This document shows, in pieces, positions 50,397-58,323 of a DNA stretch of 64,000 bases. Each line of letters begins with the position of its first letter. The first letter of the stretch is position 1. The notes beneath the pieces were generated by a model, which was not told where the DNA came from, did not search any database, and saw only the letters and a program-made list of their open reading frames with translations. The position numbers and the translations under genes are program-made. The stretch spans positions 186,001-250,000 of IMG/VR virus record IMGVR_UViG_3300037042_006844; one strand, 5' to 3'.

Positions 50397-51356
50397 TCAT
50401 GGTTTAATAAAAGTGTCGTGAATGTTATGGTAATTTATTCTACCAGAAAAAACTTGATCAAACGGAACATATATATACAATAACGCGTGTCTAACATAGA
50501 CTGTATTTTGATCCATCGCGTGCAGTGCGCAATTCAAATTAAGCTTTCTTTCTGCATTGGAGTCATTTACAAAATTTTTCATGAACGCATATACTATAGG
50601 ATGGTCATTTTTGTTTAATCTATCAAACTCTTTATATAGATCATAATTGTGTTTGAGACAATTTTCAAAAAATAATTTCATCGTTGTTGGTGATCCAATG
50701 TGATAATAATCACCGCCGTAGAGATGCCCCGTGCGTGCAAGAAAAAAATTTAGGTGTATGATTCGTTTTTGTATTTGTTTTAGCGGCGAAATTATAAAAT
50801 TGTTTATGTCCCTGAATTCATGTTCGTTTATTTCGGTCCCATAGCACATCAATAAATCTGGCCGGGTGTGGATCACCAAATCAGCATCATCATTTACCAA
50901 GTCCACCATTTTTTCATACTTCACAAGCTGTCGGCTGGTCCAATAATCAAAATCAATAACTCTATCTTTTAATTCGACATTTTTAATATTGCGCAGACAG
51001 TCTTCGTATTGATCAAACTGCTCTTTTTTTAATGCATCTACATCGGCCAATACTATTTTTTTGAAATCGATGTGCCGTTTGAACTCATCGAGCCATTCGT
51101 TGAAATCATCCAGTGTATATTCTTTGTATAATTCTGGAAAGTATGTTTTGCCATACTTCAAAATGGCTGGCTTAAAATTAATCTCTGGGTATGTGTATAA
51201 AACATGTTCAAATTCTATTTTGTCGTAGTTGGTGTTTGCCTCCTTATTTATATAGTCAATGTCCATTTTATCAAAAAAATTTTTGAAATACGTGGCAGTG
51301 GCACTGCCACGCAAATGACCTTTATATATAACTTGAATCTTTAATACGTTTTTCAT
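50397..51356 (-). CDS. Putative glycosyltransferase-like protein
   Basis: GHLR and TRPDL motifs; located in glycosylation island. Confidence 0.5.
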   Translation of the reverse strand: MKNVLKIQVIYKGHLRGSATATYFKNFFDKMDIDYINKEANTNYDKIEFEHVLYTYPEINFKPAILKYGKTYFPELYKEYTLDDFNEWLDEFKRHIDFKKIVLADVDALKKEQFDQYEDCLRNIKNVELKDRVIDFDYWTSRQLVKYEKMVDLVNDDADLVIHTRPDLLMCYGTEINEHEFRDINNFIISPLKQIQKRIIHLNFFLARTGHLYGGDYYHIGSPTTMKLFFENCLKHNYDLYKEFDRLNKNDHPIVYAFMKNFVNDSNAERKLNLNCALHAMDQNTVYVRHALLYIYVPFDQVFSGRINYHNIHDTFIKP

Positions 51357-51418
51357 AATCTTGGAGGAAGGAAACCCCTTCGGCTTTAGCCAAGGGGAGG
51401 AATTCCGACCATTTAACT

Positions 51419-51447
51419 ATCTTAACACAACCACCTCAATTTGTCAA
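51419..51447 (-). promoter_or_regulatory. Outward-facing promoter in element left end
   Basis: TTGACA-N17-TGtTAAGAT pointing to gene 50397-51356. Confidence 0.65.
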
Positions 51448-51509
51448 CCACAAAAATATTTTAACTTTTTTGATGTTTTGTTATTTTCATTACTATTTAT
51501 ATCGTAGTA

Positions 51510-52670
51510 ATGATAACATACAATGTCAAATTAAAGTTTGCTAAACAAGATGATTACAATAATCTTCTTGAATCGCTCAAACTAAATCAATTGGCTTGGA
51601 ATATCATAAGTGAAGAACGATTCTCAATGACGGGTGGAAGATTGAAGCTTCTTCACGACAAGTGTTATTATAAAGTAAAAGAAGCAATTCCTACAATTCC
51701 TTCTCAATTTATCATTAAAGCAGAACAAGATGTAATTGCTACATATAAAACTATCAAGTCAAATAAACATAAACTTGATTCTCCTGCAATAAAAAAGAAT
51801 CTATCAATACAACTAGATAAACGCATATACAAGTGGATAGATAAAACTAATATCAAAATAACAACATTAGATAAACAAGCAATCGCTTCGTTTGATGTGT
51901 ATGATAAATTAAACCAATTTGACTTCAATAAGTTAAAAGATCCAAAACTATTTTTCAAAAATGGAGATTTTTACCTAAGTCTAATATTTGATACGAATGT
52001 TCCTTTTGTAGATAACAATAAAATCATAGGAATTGATGTTGGATTAAAAAGACTTGTATCAACAAGTGAAGGTATCATAATTAAAGGCAATGAATTCAAT
52101 GGACATAAACGTAAAATTCGTTGGAACAAAAGAAAACTTCAATCCAAGAAAAAATCACATTCCGCAAGAACAAAACATAAAAAACTTAAAAGGCGTGAAT
52201 CAAACTTTAGCAGAAATTATATACACAATGTTACAAAGAATGTAATTGTAAATACAAGTGCAAATACACTCGTAGTAGAAGATTTGAGCAAAATCAAAAG
52301 CAAAAATAAAGGTAGAAGATTTAATAATAGATTGAGTCAACTTCCATTTTTTGCGTTTAGATCCATATTAACATACAAGGCACAACTTTATGGGAAAAAA
52401 GTTGAAACAGTTAACCCTGCCTATACAAGCCAAATAGACCATAGAGGTTTAGCTGGTGGAAAAAGAAAGGGATGTAGATATTATGGATTGGATAAAGTAA
52501 TATTAGATTCGGATGTAAATGCCGCAATCAATATTGCAAATAGATATGTAAACAATTTAAGTTTGCATAAACACTCTGTTTCGTGCTGCAAAGCACTTGA
52601 TGGACAGGTGACTGTCAACTCACCAATCGTCGGAAGTTTCTTCCGGCAAGCCCCTATGGCTTTAGCCTAG
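51510..52670 (+). CDS. tnpB: TnpB RNA-guided endonuclease lacking canonical zinc-ribbon cysteines
   Basis: GIDVG / VVEDL / DSDVNAA RuvC triad; YKAQ, VNPAYTSQ. Confidence 0.92.
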   Translation: MITYNVKLKFAKQDDYNNLLESLKLNQLAWNIISEERFSMTGGRLKLLHDKCYYKVKEAIPTIPSQFIIKAEQDVIATYKTIKSNKHKLDSPAIKKNLSIQLDKRIYKWIDKTNIKITTLDKQAIASFDVYDKLNQFDFNKLKDPKLFFKNGDFYLSLIFDTNVPFVDNNKIIGIDVGLKRLVSTSEGIIIKGNEFNGHKRKIRWNKRKLQSKKKSHSARTKHKKLKRRESNFSRNYIHNVTKNVIVNTSANTLVVEDLSKIKSKNKGRRFNNRLSQLPFFAFRSILTYKAQLYGKKVETVNPAYTSQIDHRGLAGGKRKGCRYYGLDKVILDSDVNAAINIANRYVNNLSLHKHSVSCCKALDGQVTVNSPIVGSFFRQAPMALA

Positions 52671-52701
52671 GGGTTGTTGACAACGATTTCGCCAGAACAT
52701 T
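52560..52701 (+). ncRNA. Cis omega-RNA overlapping tnpB 3' end; guide about 52682-52701 (5' boundary approximate)
   Basis: GGTGA-CTGTCAAC-TCACC, CGGAAG-TTT-CTTCCG and RE hairpins; GTCAA/TTGAC pseudoknot. Confidence 0.7.
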
Positions 52702-53106
52702 AGTTTCCGCATTCATTCTTCCTTTGTTTTGATCGAACATCGTAAACAACTTATGAAATTGGTCGTCTTTGTTGATAACTACCCAAGTATTGGTTTGCTC
52801 ATCCATGCACATGACCACGGCATCCAGTTTGATTTTGGCAAGCTTTTTGTCCAAAATTTCAATAATAGTATCAGAAGCGACTTTCAATGGAATCGTTTCA
52901 GTCTCGGTTTTGACGTTTATCACAACCAAATTTTCGTATAGAGTTTCGAGGTCAATATTGGCGCGTTGCCATTGTTGTTCTGTATCTGAATAAAACACCA
53001 CTGTATTATCATCAATCCTCACAACATCGGTTTTATTGATATGCCGCAATGTGCTCATTGGCACGGAATACATTTTGTTGTTGTAGTATATCTCTTTCAT
53101 GCTCAT
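52654..53106 (-). CDS. Hypothetical protein (C-terminal STTPRLKP* from IS right end)
   Basis: ORF in operon with ATGA overlap to upstream gene. Confidence 0.6.
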   Translation of the reverse strand: MSMKEIYYNNKMYSVPMSTLRHINKTDVVRIDDNTVVFYSDTEQQWQRANIDLETLYENLVVINVKTETETIPLKVASDTIIEILDKKLAKIKLDAVVMCMDEQTNTWVVINKDDQFHKLFTMFDQNKGRMNAETNVLAKSLSTTPRLKP

Positions 53107-55733
53107 AGGCTTTTGTAGATTTTCGAATTGACCAGACTTTCTAGGAAATACTCAATCTCGACTTTGTAACGAATTGTTTTGAGATACAAATGCGCAGACC
53201 GAATCAACTCCAAATTTTGGATTTTTTGCTCTAAATCATTTTGATTTTCAATGTAAAGTGGATATGACTCTCCCAAATATTCTTCCACGGCTGGAAGCCG
53301 GTTGATAAACAATGGGGTGCCACGGGCAATGCACTCGATGATGCCGTTGTTGGCACTGCTGTCATACAAATCGAGATACACCAAATTCTCGGACAAAATC
53401 TGGTCGTATTCTTCATTTGGCAAAAAATCCAGCACTTGCACAGAGTTTCGTTGCTCAATCGAAACCGTTTGATTGTTCACGACCTCTTCGATCTTCTCCA
53501 ACCGCATGATCGTTTCTTTGCATTTATTGTTGGGAAGCAATCGAATTTTTTGATAACCTTGGGGTTGCACAGTATATAGTGCATTTAGCTTTCGCAGCCA
53601 CCAGCCGATTGATATCAATTTTTTGTTCGGGTTGCTGGCAAATTTATCAAAATCAAACTGCACCGCTGGTATTTCAGTTGGATGCAATAAAGATTCAACT
53701 TGAACAAACGGCAAATATTGTCTTATGAATCGGGCATGATATTCGCTTAGTGTGAACAGCCCTTTGCATTTGCGCAGACTATCCAGAAAATAAGGGTCGT
53801 GTAGGATAATATTGCAAAACGCACTATTGTCACTGAACCAGGGAGACATGTTCGGTGGGTTGTGGAGAAAACCCACCCAGCTTTTGTTGTATGGAATCAA
53901 TTTTTGAAGAACAGATTCGTTCTTTCTCCAACTAAAATTGTTCTCTAAAAACCCGTCACAATATACACCATTGTCGGAATTTAATGCCGACATCTCATTC
54001 AACACATAATTCCAACCTGAACGATGTGAGTAGAAACTGAGTTGGCGACCCAGATTGAGTTTTTTTGGATATTTTTGAAGTGCTACTGTTTCTTTGAACT
54101 TCAAAACTACATCGCCGTATTCGCCTTTGGTCAACACGTTGCTTTTCTCGACGATGAATCCGGTTTCATTCAACACGTCCGCTTCGAAATTTCTGTCTTT
54201 GAGAATTAGTTTGCTGGTATTATTACGAATGCCATTGACAAACAAATCAACTATTTTGATGCCATACAAACTGGTTGGGGCACGATTGATCAGATCCCCA
54301 CTGAACACATCTGTTTGAAACTGTATATTTTTAGTGTGTTTGCCGATGATTTTGATGGAATACTGACCTCGTTTCAACTCAAAATTATGAACCGTGCCAT
54401 CGACTGTGAATTTCAAATCACAATCTTTCATCGACTCGATCAACATTTCTAGTTTGTAAACTTCTCCTCCGACGATTAGTTCGGATGTGCCATTACTCCA
54501 AACCCCCGAACTGAGGTTTTCTTGGTGCCATCCATTTTTGAAATAGATGGGAAACAACGAGCTTTCTTCGGTGAGATCGGTATGGGGCTGATAACTGTCG
54601 AGATGTGTGAAATACACGCTGCTGCGAATACTGTCATAATATGCTGCTTTGAAAACATTGCTTAAATCGTCATATGATGGATCAATACCTTTGGTGCGGG
54701 GATCGCAAACGGCATCTGTTACAATGTTGTCTGTGATTTTGATTACACTATAATCTACCTCGTATAATTTTTTATATCCAGTGAGATAGTCCACCATACC
54801 ACCGTGAAGTGGAGTGATGATTCCTTTGTTTTTCTCTTTTGCGGTATAACACGGAATGCTGAAGCCTTCTCCTCGACTGACGTTTACATACACGTCGCAA
54901 TTGTCATATAAACTCTGCATCCGATCAAAACTCAATGCATCCGTTATCAACGCTATCGGAGCGTATGCAAAATTGGCGTGCTTGTTTTTGATTTTATTGA
55001 CGATCAGGTTTTGAATCGTTTTGTCAAAACCCTTCAAATTAAATTTGTTGTCCGTCAGTTTGAGAACCAACAACGTTTCATCATCAAACTCGAACGTGCT
55101 CAAATAATTGTCGATCAAAAAAGATGTGTTTTTTCGACCAGCCAACGTGGTTACGTTCAGAAATTTGATGCGTTTTTCAAAACGACGATAATTTACGGCA
55201 ACAGGTGAGAAAATTTTGGCACAATTCAGCGTGTCGATTAAATTGATGCTTTCGTATGGAATGCTGGGCACCGTATGGGGGTCAACCACAATTTCTTTTT
55301 TGACACCTGATTTAATAAATACTTCTTTGGTCCATTGAGACGGAACACTAACAATATTCACAATACTATCATTAATAGCTTTTACCCATTTTTCTGGCAA
55401 TGGATCAAAATCCCACACGGTTCTGCCAATGATTTTTCGGTCTCCAAACAGATCGGAGTAGTTTTCAAAAATTTTACCCCACATATTGGGGGTGATATGA
55501 ACTACTATTTCCGCATCTTTTAGTTTTTCGGATCGCCCAAAAAGGGGAAGTTTGCGTAGGTTGCTATGGAAATACTTTGCGAACTCCGTGTTGTTTTTGG
55601 TGGTAGCGCCGGATACTGGAACAAAATAAACATCTACACCTTGCTGCAAAAGGCTATACATATAACCCTTTGCAGCATTGGCATATCCGCTAGAACCGTC
55701 TGCACCAAAATATACAACTTGTTTAGAACTCAT
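53103..55733 (-). CDS. Three-domain protein: GT4-like + beta-sandwich + second GT-B-like domain
   Basis: GSSGYANAAKG...GEGFSIP; GWHQE...W; HRSGW, HPTE, IGWWLR, SANNGIIEC. Confidence 0.75.
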   Translation of the reverse strand: MSSKQVVYFGADGSSGYANAAKGYMYSLLQQGVDVYFVPVSGATTKNNTEFAKYFHSNLRKLPLFGRSEKLKDAEIVVHITPNMWGKIFENYSDLFGDRKIIGRTVWDFDPLPEKWVKAINDSIVNIVSVPSQWTKEVFIKSGVKKEIVVDPHTVPSIPYESINLIDTLNCAKIFSPVAVNYRRFEKRIKFLNVTTLAGRKNTSFLIDNYLSTFEFDDETLLVLKLTDNKFNLKGFDKTIQNLIVNKIKNKHANFAYAPIALITDALSFDRMQSLYDNCDVYVNVSRGEGFSIPCYTAKEKNKGIITPLHGGMVDYLTGYKKLYEVDYSVIKITDNIVTDAVCDPRTKGIDPSYDDLSNVFKAAYYDSIRSSVYFTHLDSYQPHTDLTEESSLFPIYFKNGWHQENLSSGVWSNGTSELIVGGEVYKLEMLIESMKDCDLKFTVDGTVHNFELKRGQYSIKIIGKHTKNIQFQTDVFSGDLINRAPTSLYGIKIVDLFVNGIRNNTSKLILKDRNFEADVLNETGFIVEKSNVLTKGEYGDVVLKFKETVALQKYPKKLNLGRQLSFYSHRSGWNYVLNEMSALNSDNGVYCDGFLENNFSWRKNESVLQKLIPYNKSWVGFLHNPPNMSPWFSDNSAFCNIILHDPYFLDSLRKCKGLFTLSEYHARFIRQYLPFVQVESLLHPTEIPAVQFDFDKFASNPNKKLISIGWWLRKLNALYTVQPQGYQKIRLLPNNKCKETIMRLEKIEEVVNNQTVSIEQRNSVQVLDFLPNEEYDQILSENLVYLDLYDSSANNGIIECIARGTPLFINRLPAVEEYLGESYPLYIENQNDLEQKIQNLELIRSAHLYLKTIRYKVEIEYFLESLVNSKIYKSL

Positions 55734-55739
55734 TTGTGA

Positions 55740-55787
55740 ATGAATTACCCACCCGCTAAAGCAGGTGGGTTTTCTGCTCCCTAAAAG
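55740..55787 (-). mobile_element. About 48-bp collapsed IS200/IS605 scar of a related subfamily (target TTTAT)
   Basis: Minus strand TATTTAT|CTTTTAGGGAGCAGAAAA-CCCACCTGCTTTAGCGGGTGGG-TAATTCAT; right boundary could extend to TTCAC at 55736. Confidence 0.7.
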
Positions 55788-55827
55788 ATAAATAGTGCTG
55801 TAACCAGTTTAGTGATTTATTATACAA

Positions 55828-56787
55828 TCACTTCGATGTGGTTTTGATGATTTTGGCTATACAAGCCATGAATGTGATTTCTTTGTCAACCACCATCGAA
55901 TTTTGATATAAACTTTCAGATATGTCGATGATCACACTAATGTCATTTCCGTTGCTGTATTCAGATACCTTGTTGTAGAGTTCAGAATACAACTCATCAA
56001 ACATTTTGATTCCCGCATCGTTAACCAGTTGGCGAACTTCATTGAAAACTTTTTTATTGGTTTTTGCTTCCCGCAACAACTGCACCAATTTTTGTTTTAG
56101 ATCATGCCCAGCACTTTGGGTCTTGATCAACTCCAAAACTCCATTCGTAGAGCTTTGCTGCATGAAATTTACAATCTTTCGAATATCTGGATAGAAATCT
56201 TTGACAACAGTTGCCACGGTTGGCATGTCGTATTTGATCTTTTCTGCATCTAGGATTTTGATTGCGTATTTCGCCACATCTTTCATTGTGGGAGGCTCCA
56301 GCTTAAACACTTGGAGACGACTCCGCAATGGGTCAATCATCTTTTCATAATAATTGCAGGTTAGAATAAACCGTGTGGTTTTGCTGTATGTTTCCGTCAG
56401 ATTACGCAACGATGCCTGAGATGCTGCCGACATATAATCAGCCTCATCCAAAATCACAATCTTCAAATCGTGAAACCCCATCGATGCAGCGAATGGCTTG
56501 ATTCTATCGCGAACAAAATCCACGCCCGTATTGTCGGATGCGTTTACATACATCGTATCACACGGAATATTTTTGGCCAGAATTTTTGCCAGAGTGGTCT
56601 TGCCTGTGCCAGGGGAGCCATGAAACAAAAGGTGTGGAACCTCTTTTTTAGAGATGAAACTCGTGATAATCGTCCGAAGTTGGTCATTGCAAATGTAATT
56701 ATCTGTCGTCTCTGGGCGGTATTTCTCGACCCAAAGACCATGATCGTTCACAACCGTCCGAGTGATGGTTTGTTCAAAAAAACTCAT
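55828..56787 (-). CDS. Clamp loader AAA+ subunit (gp44/RFC small-like)
   Basis: WVEKYRP, GSPGTGKTT, NASD, LDEAD, FILTCN, RSR. Confidence 0.95.
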   Translation of the reverse strand: MSFFEQTITRTVVNDHGLWVEKYRPETTDNYICNDQLRTIITSFISKKEVPHLLFHGSPGTGKTTLAKILAKNIPCDTMYVNASDNTGVDFVRDRIKPFAASMGFHDLKIVILDEADYMSAASQASLRNLTETYSKTTRFILTCNYYEKMIDPLRSRLQVFKLEPPTMKDVAKYAIKILDAEKIKYDMPTVATVVKDFYPDIRKIVNFMQQSSTNGVLELIKTQSAGHDLKQKLVQLLREAKTNKKVFNEVRQLVNDAGIKMFDELYSELYNKVSEYSNGNDISVIIDISESLYQNSMVVDKEITFMACIAKIIKTTSK

Positions 56788-56792
56788 AAATA

Positions 56793-57569
56793 TTAGTCGA
56801 TGTTTTTGATTTCAACCAAGAAATAGCTTCCACTGAACGTGTCAGTATCTACTTCGATGTTTGACAACCCAGCATCGCTGACTTTCCAAACTGCATTATC
56901 ACACTCACTGTTGCTGGTGATGATTTCTTTCAAATACTTTGCATTGAAATGCATCGTCTTGCCCAGCTTATCCTTGCCACCAGTTGGTTTGATTTCGACG
57001 TTGATTCGATTGCTGTTGACACTGCTGTATCCCAGCGTCATTTTGATCTTTCCTTTTTTATCGGTTGTGAGAGTCAAAACATCATTGTCGCTCAAAGCAT
57101 TTTTTGCCTTGATAAATGTTGCTGTAAACTCTTTGGTCAACGGAATTTCCAAATTGAAATTGGGAAGCTTTTTGAGAGGAGGAACGACTGGAATGACGCT
57201 AAGATCGGCGGTGCAATACTGAACATCTGTTTCGCCACTCACAACTGTCATGGATGTGATTTTCTCGACACTTTCCGTATTGCCGTCCAAATCTTGTGTT
57301 TCAACTTTAATTTTGTTTGGAGTAATTTCAACATCGTCGCCAAGAACCGTGAGCATTTTCTTGAGCTTGCTGGTATCATTGACACCAATTTCCAAATCTT
57401 CAAGACCAGCGTTGTCTTTCAGAGTAACAAAACTAAGAACACCACGATCATCGCTCATAGAGCTTGTTTTGATGTTTTTATCTTTTGCTGAAACGGTCCA
57501 TTTGACGCTTTCAATGGTGCCGTTGAGGGAGTATTTATCGATAAACGAATTGAGTGTAGCTTTCTTCAT
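56793..57569 (-). CDS. Putative sliding clamp (gp45-like)
   Basis: 258 aa two-lobed pattern, located between DNA polymerase and clamp loader. Confidence 0.7.
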   Translation of the reverse strand: MKKATLNSFIDKYSLNGTIESVKWTVSAKDKNIKTSSMSDDRGVLSFVTLKDNAGLEDLEIGVNDTSKLKKMLTVLGDDVEITPNKIKVETQDLDGNTESVEKITSMTVVSGETDVQYCTADLSVIPVVPPLKKLPNFNLEIPLTKEFTATFIKAKNALSDNDVLTLTTDKKGKIKMTLGYSSVNSNRINVEIKPTGGKDKLGKTMHFNAKYLKEIITSNSECDNAVWKVSDAGLSNIEVDTDTFSGSYFLVEIKNID

Positions 57570-57602
57570 ATTTGACTATTCTACCGTATTGTTGTGTGGA
57601 TG

Positions 57603-58010
57603 TCAACTGAATTGAAAAAATTCAGATGTGTGTGTATTTATTGTGACTTTCTCGCTGATACATGGTGTGCCGTCCGATAGGAACAGATCAGTGGGAGAGA
57701 TATAAAAATTGTTGATGGCATAATCTGCATATGCCACAGTGCGCATTTGATAGTAAACCATGACGTTGCTTTCGTCATTGGTGCGAAACTCAATGTAATA
57801 CACTTTCGGATCGCTCAATCGAAACAGTTGCGAACGGGGGATGTAAAGGTTTTGTTGGTTAAGTTGAGTTTTTGTGAATTCAACGTATGGTCCACGTTGC
57901 CCAATTACGACGCGTTCGTATTTGTCCGCTATAAGGGTGCCAGATTTTGTGTATAGATTGATTTTACACCCATCTTCAAAAATATTCAATAACTCGCTAT
58001 CTTTTTTCAT
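57603..58010 (-). CDS. Hypothetical protein
   Basis: YERVVIGQRGPYVEF, YYQMRTVAYADY. Confidence 0.7.
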   Translation of the reverse strand: MKKDSELLNIFEDGCKINLYTKSGTLIADKYERVVIGQRGPYVEFTKTQLNQQNLYIPRSQLFRLSDPKVYYIEFRTNDESNVMVYYQMRTVAYADYAINNFYISPTDLFLSDGTPCISEKVTINTHTSEFFQFS

Positions 58011-58074
58011 AGTTTTGGAGGAAGGAAACCTCTTCGGCTTTAGCCAAGAGGAGGAATTCCGACCACTTCTTAAT

Positions 58075-58103
58075 ATCCTATACTAGGGTCAACCGAAAGT
58101 CAA
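58075..58103 (-). promoter_or_regulatory. Outward-facing promoter in element left end
   Basis: TTGACT-N17-TAGGAT pointing to gene 57603-58010. Confidence 0.55.
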
Positions 58104-58149
58104 TACGAAAGTGAATGCTCCCAAGGTCTAAAGACCTTGGGCGTCTGTG

Positions 58150-58290
58150 TTAAGTTGCCTTAACAAAAGAGTCCATTCCGACTCTCAAAATGTTTCGTGC
58201 TGCGTTAAGGTCTCGTCCAATGTTAAGATTACAAATAGGACATTTGTGCTGTCTCTCCGACAACTCCTTCTTAACTATGGTTCCGCACCC
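58150..58290 (-). pseudogene. tnpB: C-terminal remnant of a third TnpB, followed by its own right end (hairpin 58120-58141, TTCAC ending 58111)
   Basis: Translates as GCGTIVKKELSERQHKCPICNLNIGRDLNAARNILRVGMDSFVKAT*. Confidence 0.85.
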
Positions 58291-58323
58291 CTACGTCTTT
58301 AGCGTAGGTGTGGTTGACATATG

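Larger units (their letters stand above)
51357..52681 (+). mobile_element. IS200/IS605-family (IS1341-type, tnpB-only) element
   Basis: TTCAT target, LE hairpin CCCCTTCGGCTTTAGCCAAGGGG, tnpB, RE hairpin CCCCTATGGCTTTAGCCTAGGGG-TTGTTGAC; AT-rich; no tnpA. Confidence 0.92.
58011..58318 (+). mobile_element. Composite non-autonomous IS200/IS605 element with nested inverted tnpB remnant
   Basis: TTCAT target, LE nearly identical to 51357 copy, RE hairpin-GTGTGGTTGAC like 39703 copy. Confidence 0.85.

Noticed and set aside
51510-52670. TnpB as a nuclease-dead TldR-type repressor
   Set aside because: All three RuvC acidic residues are present, and I saw no second TAM-flanked match to the guides in this window
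30394-58030. TTGGAGGAAGG repeats as Shine-Dalgarno sites
   Set aside because: They lie on the strand opposite the adjacent genes and have no downstream ATG at SD distance; they are the conserved IS left end
30390-58318. Dispersed hairpin repeats as a CRISPR array or simple terminators
   Set aside because: Not tandem, no spacers, no U-tracts; flanks follow IS200/IS605 end rules
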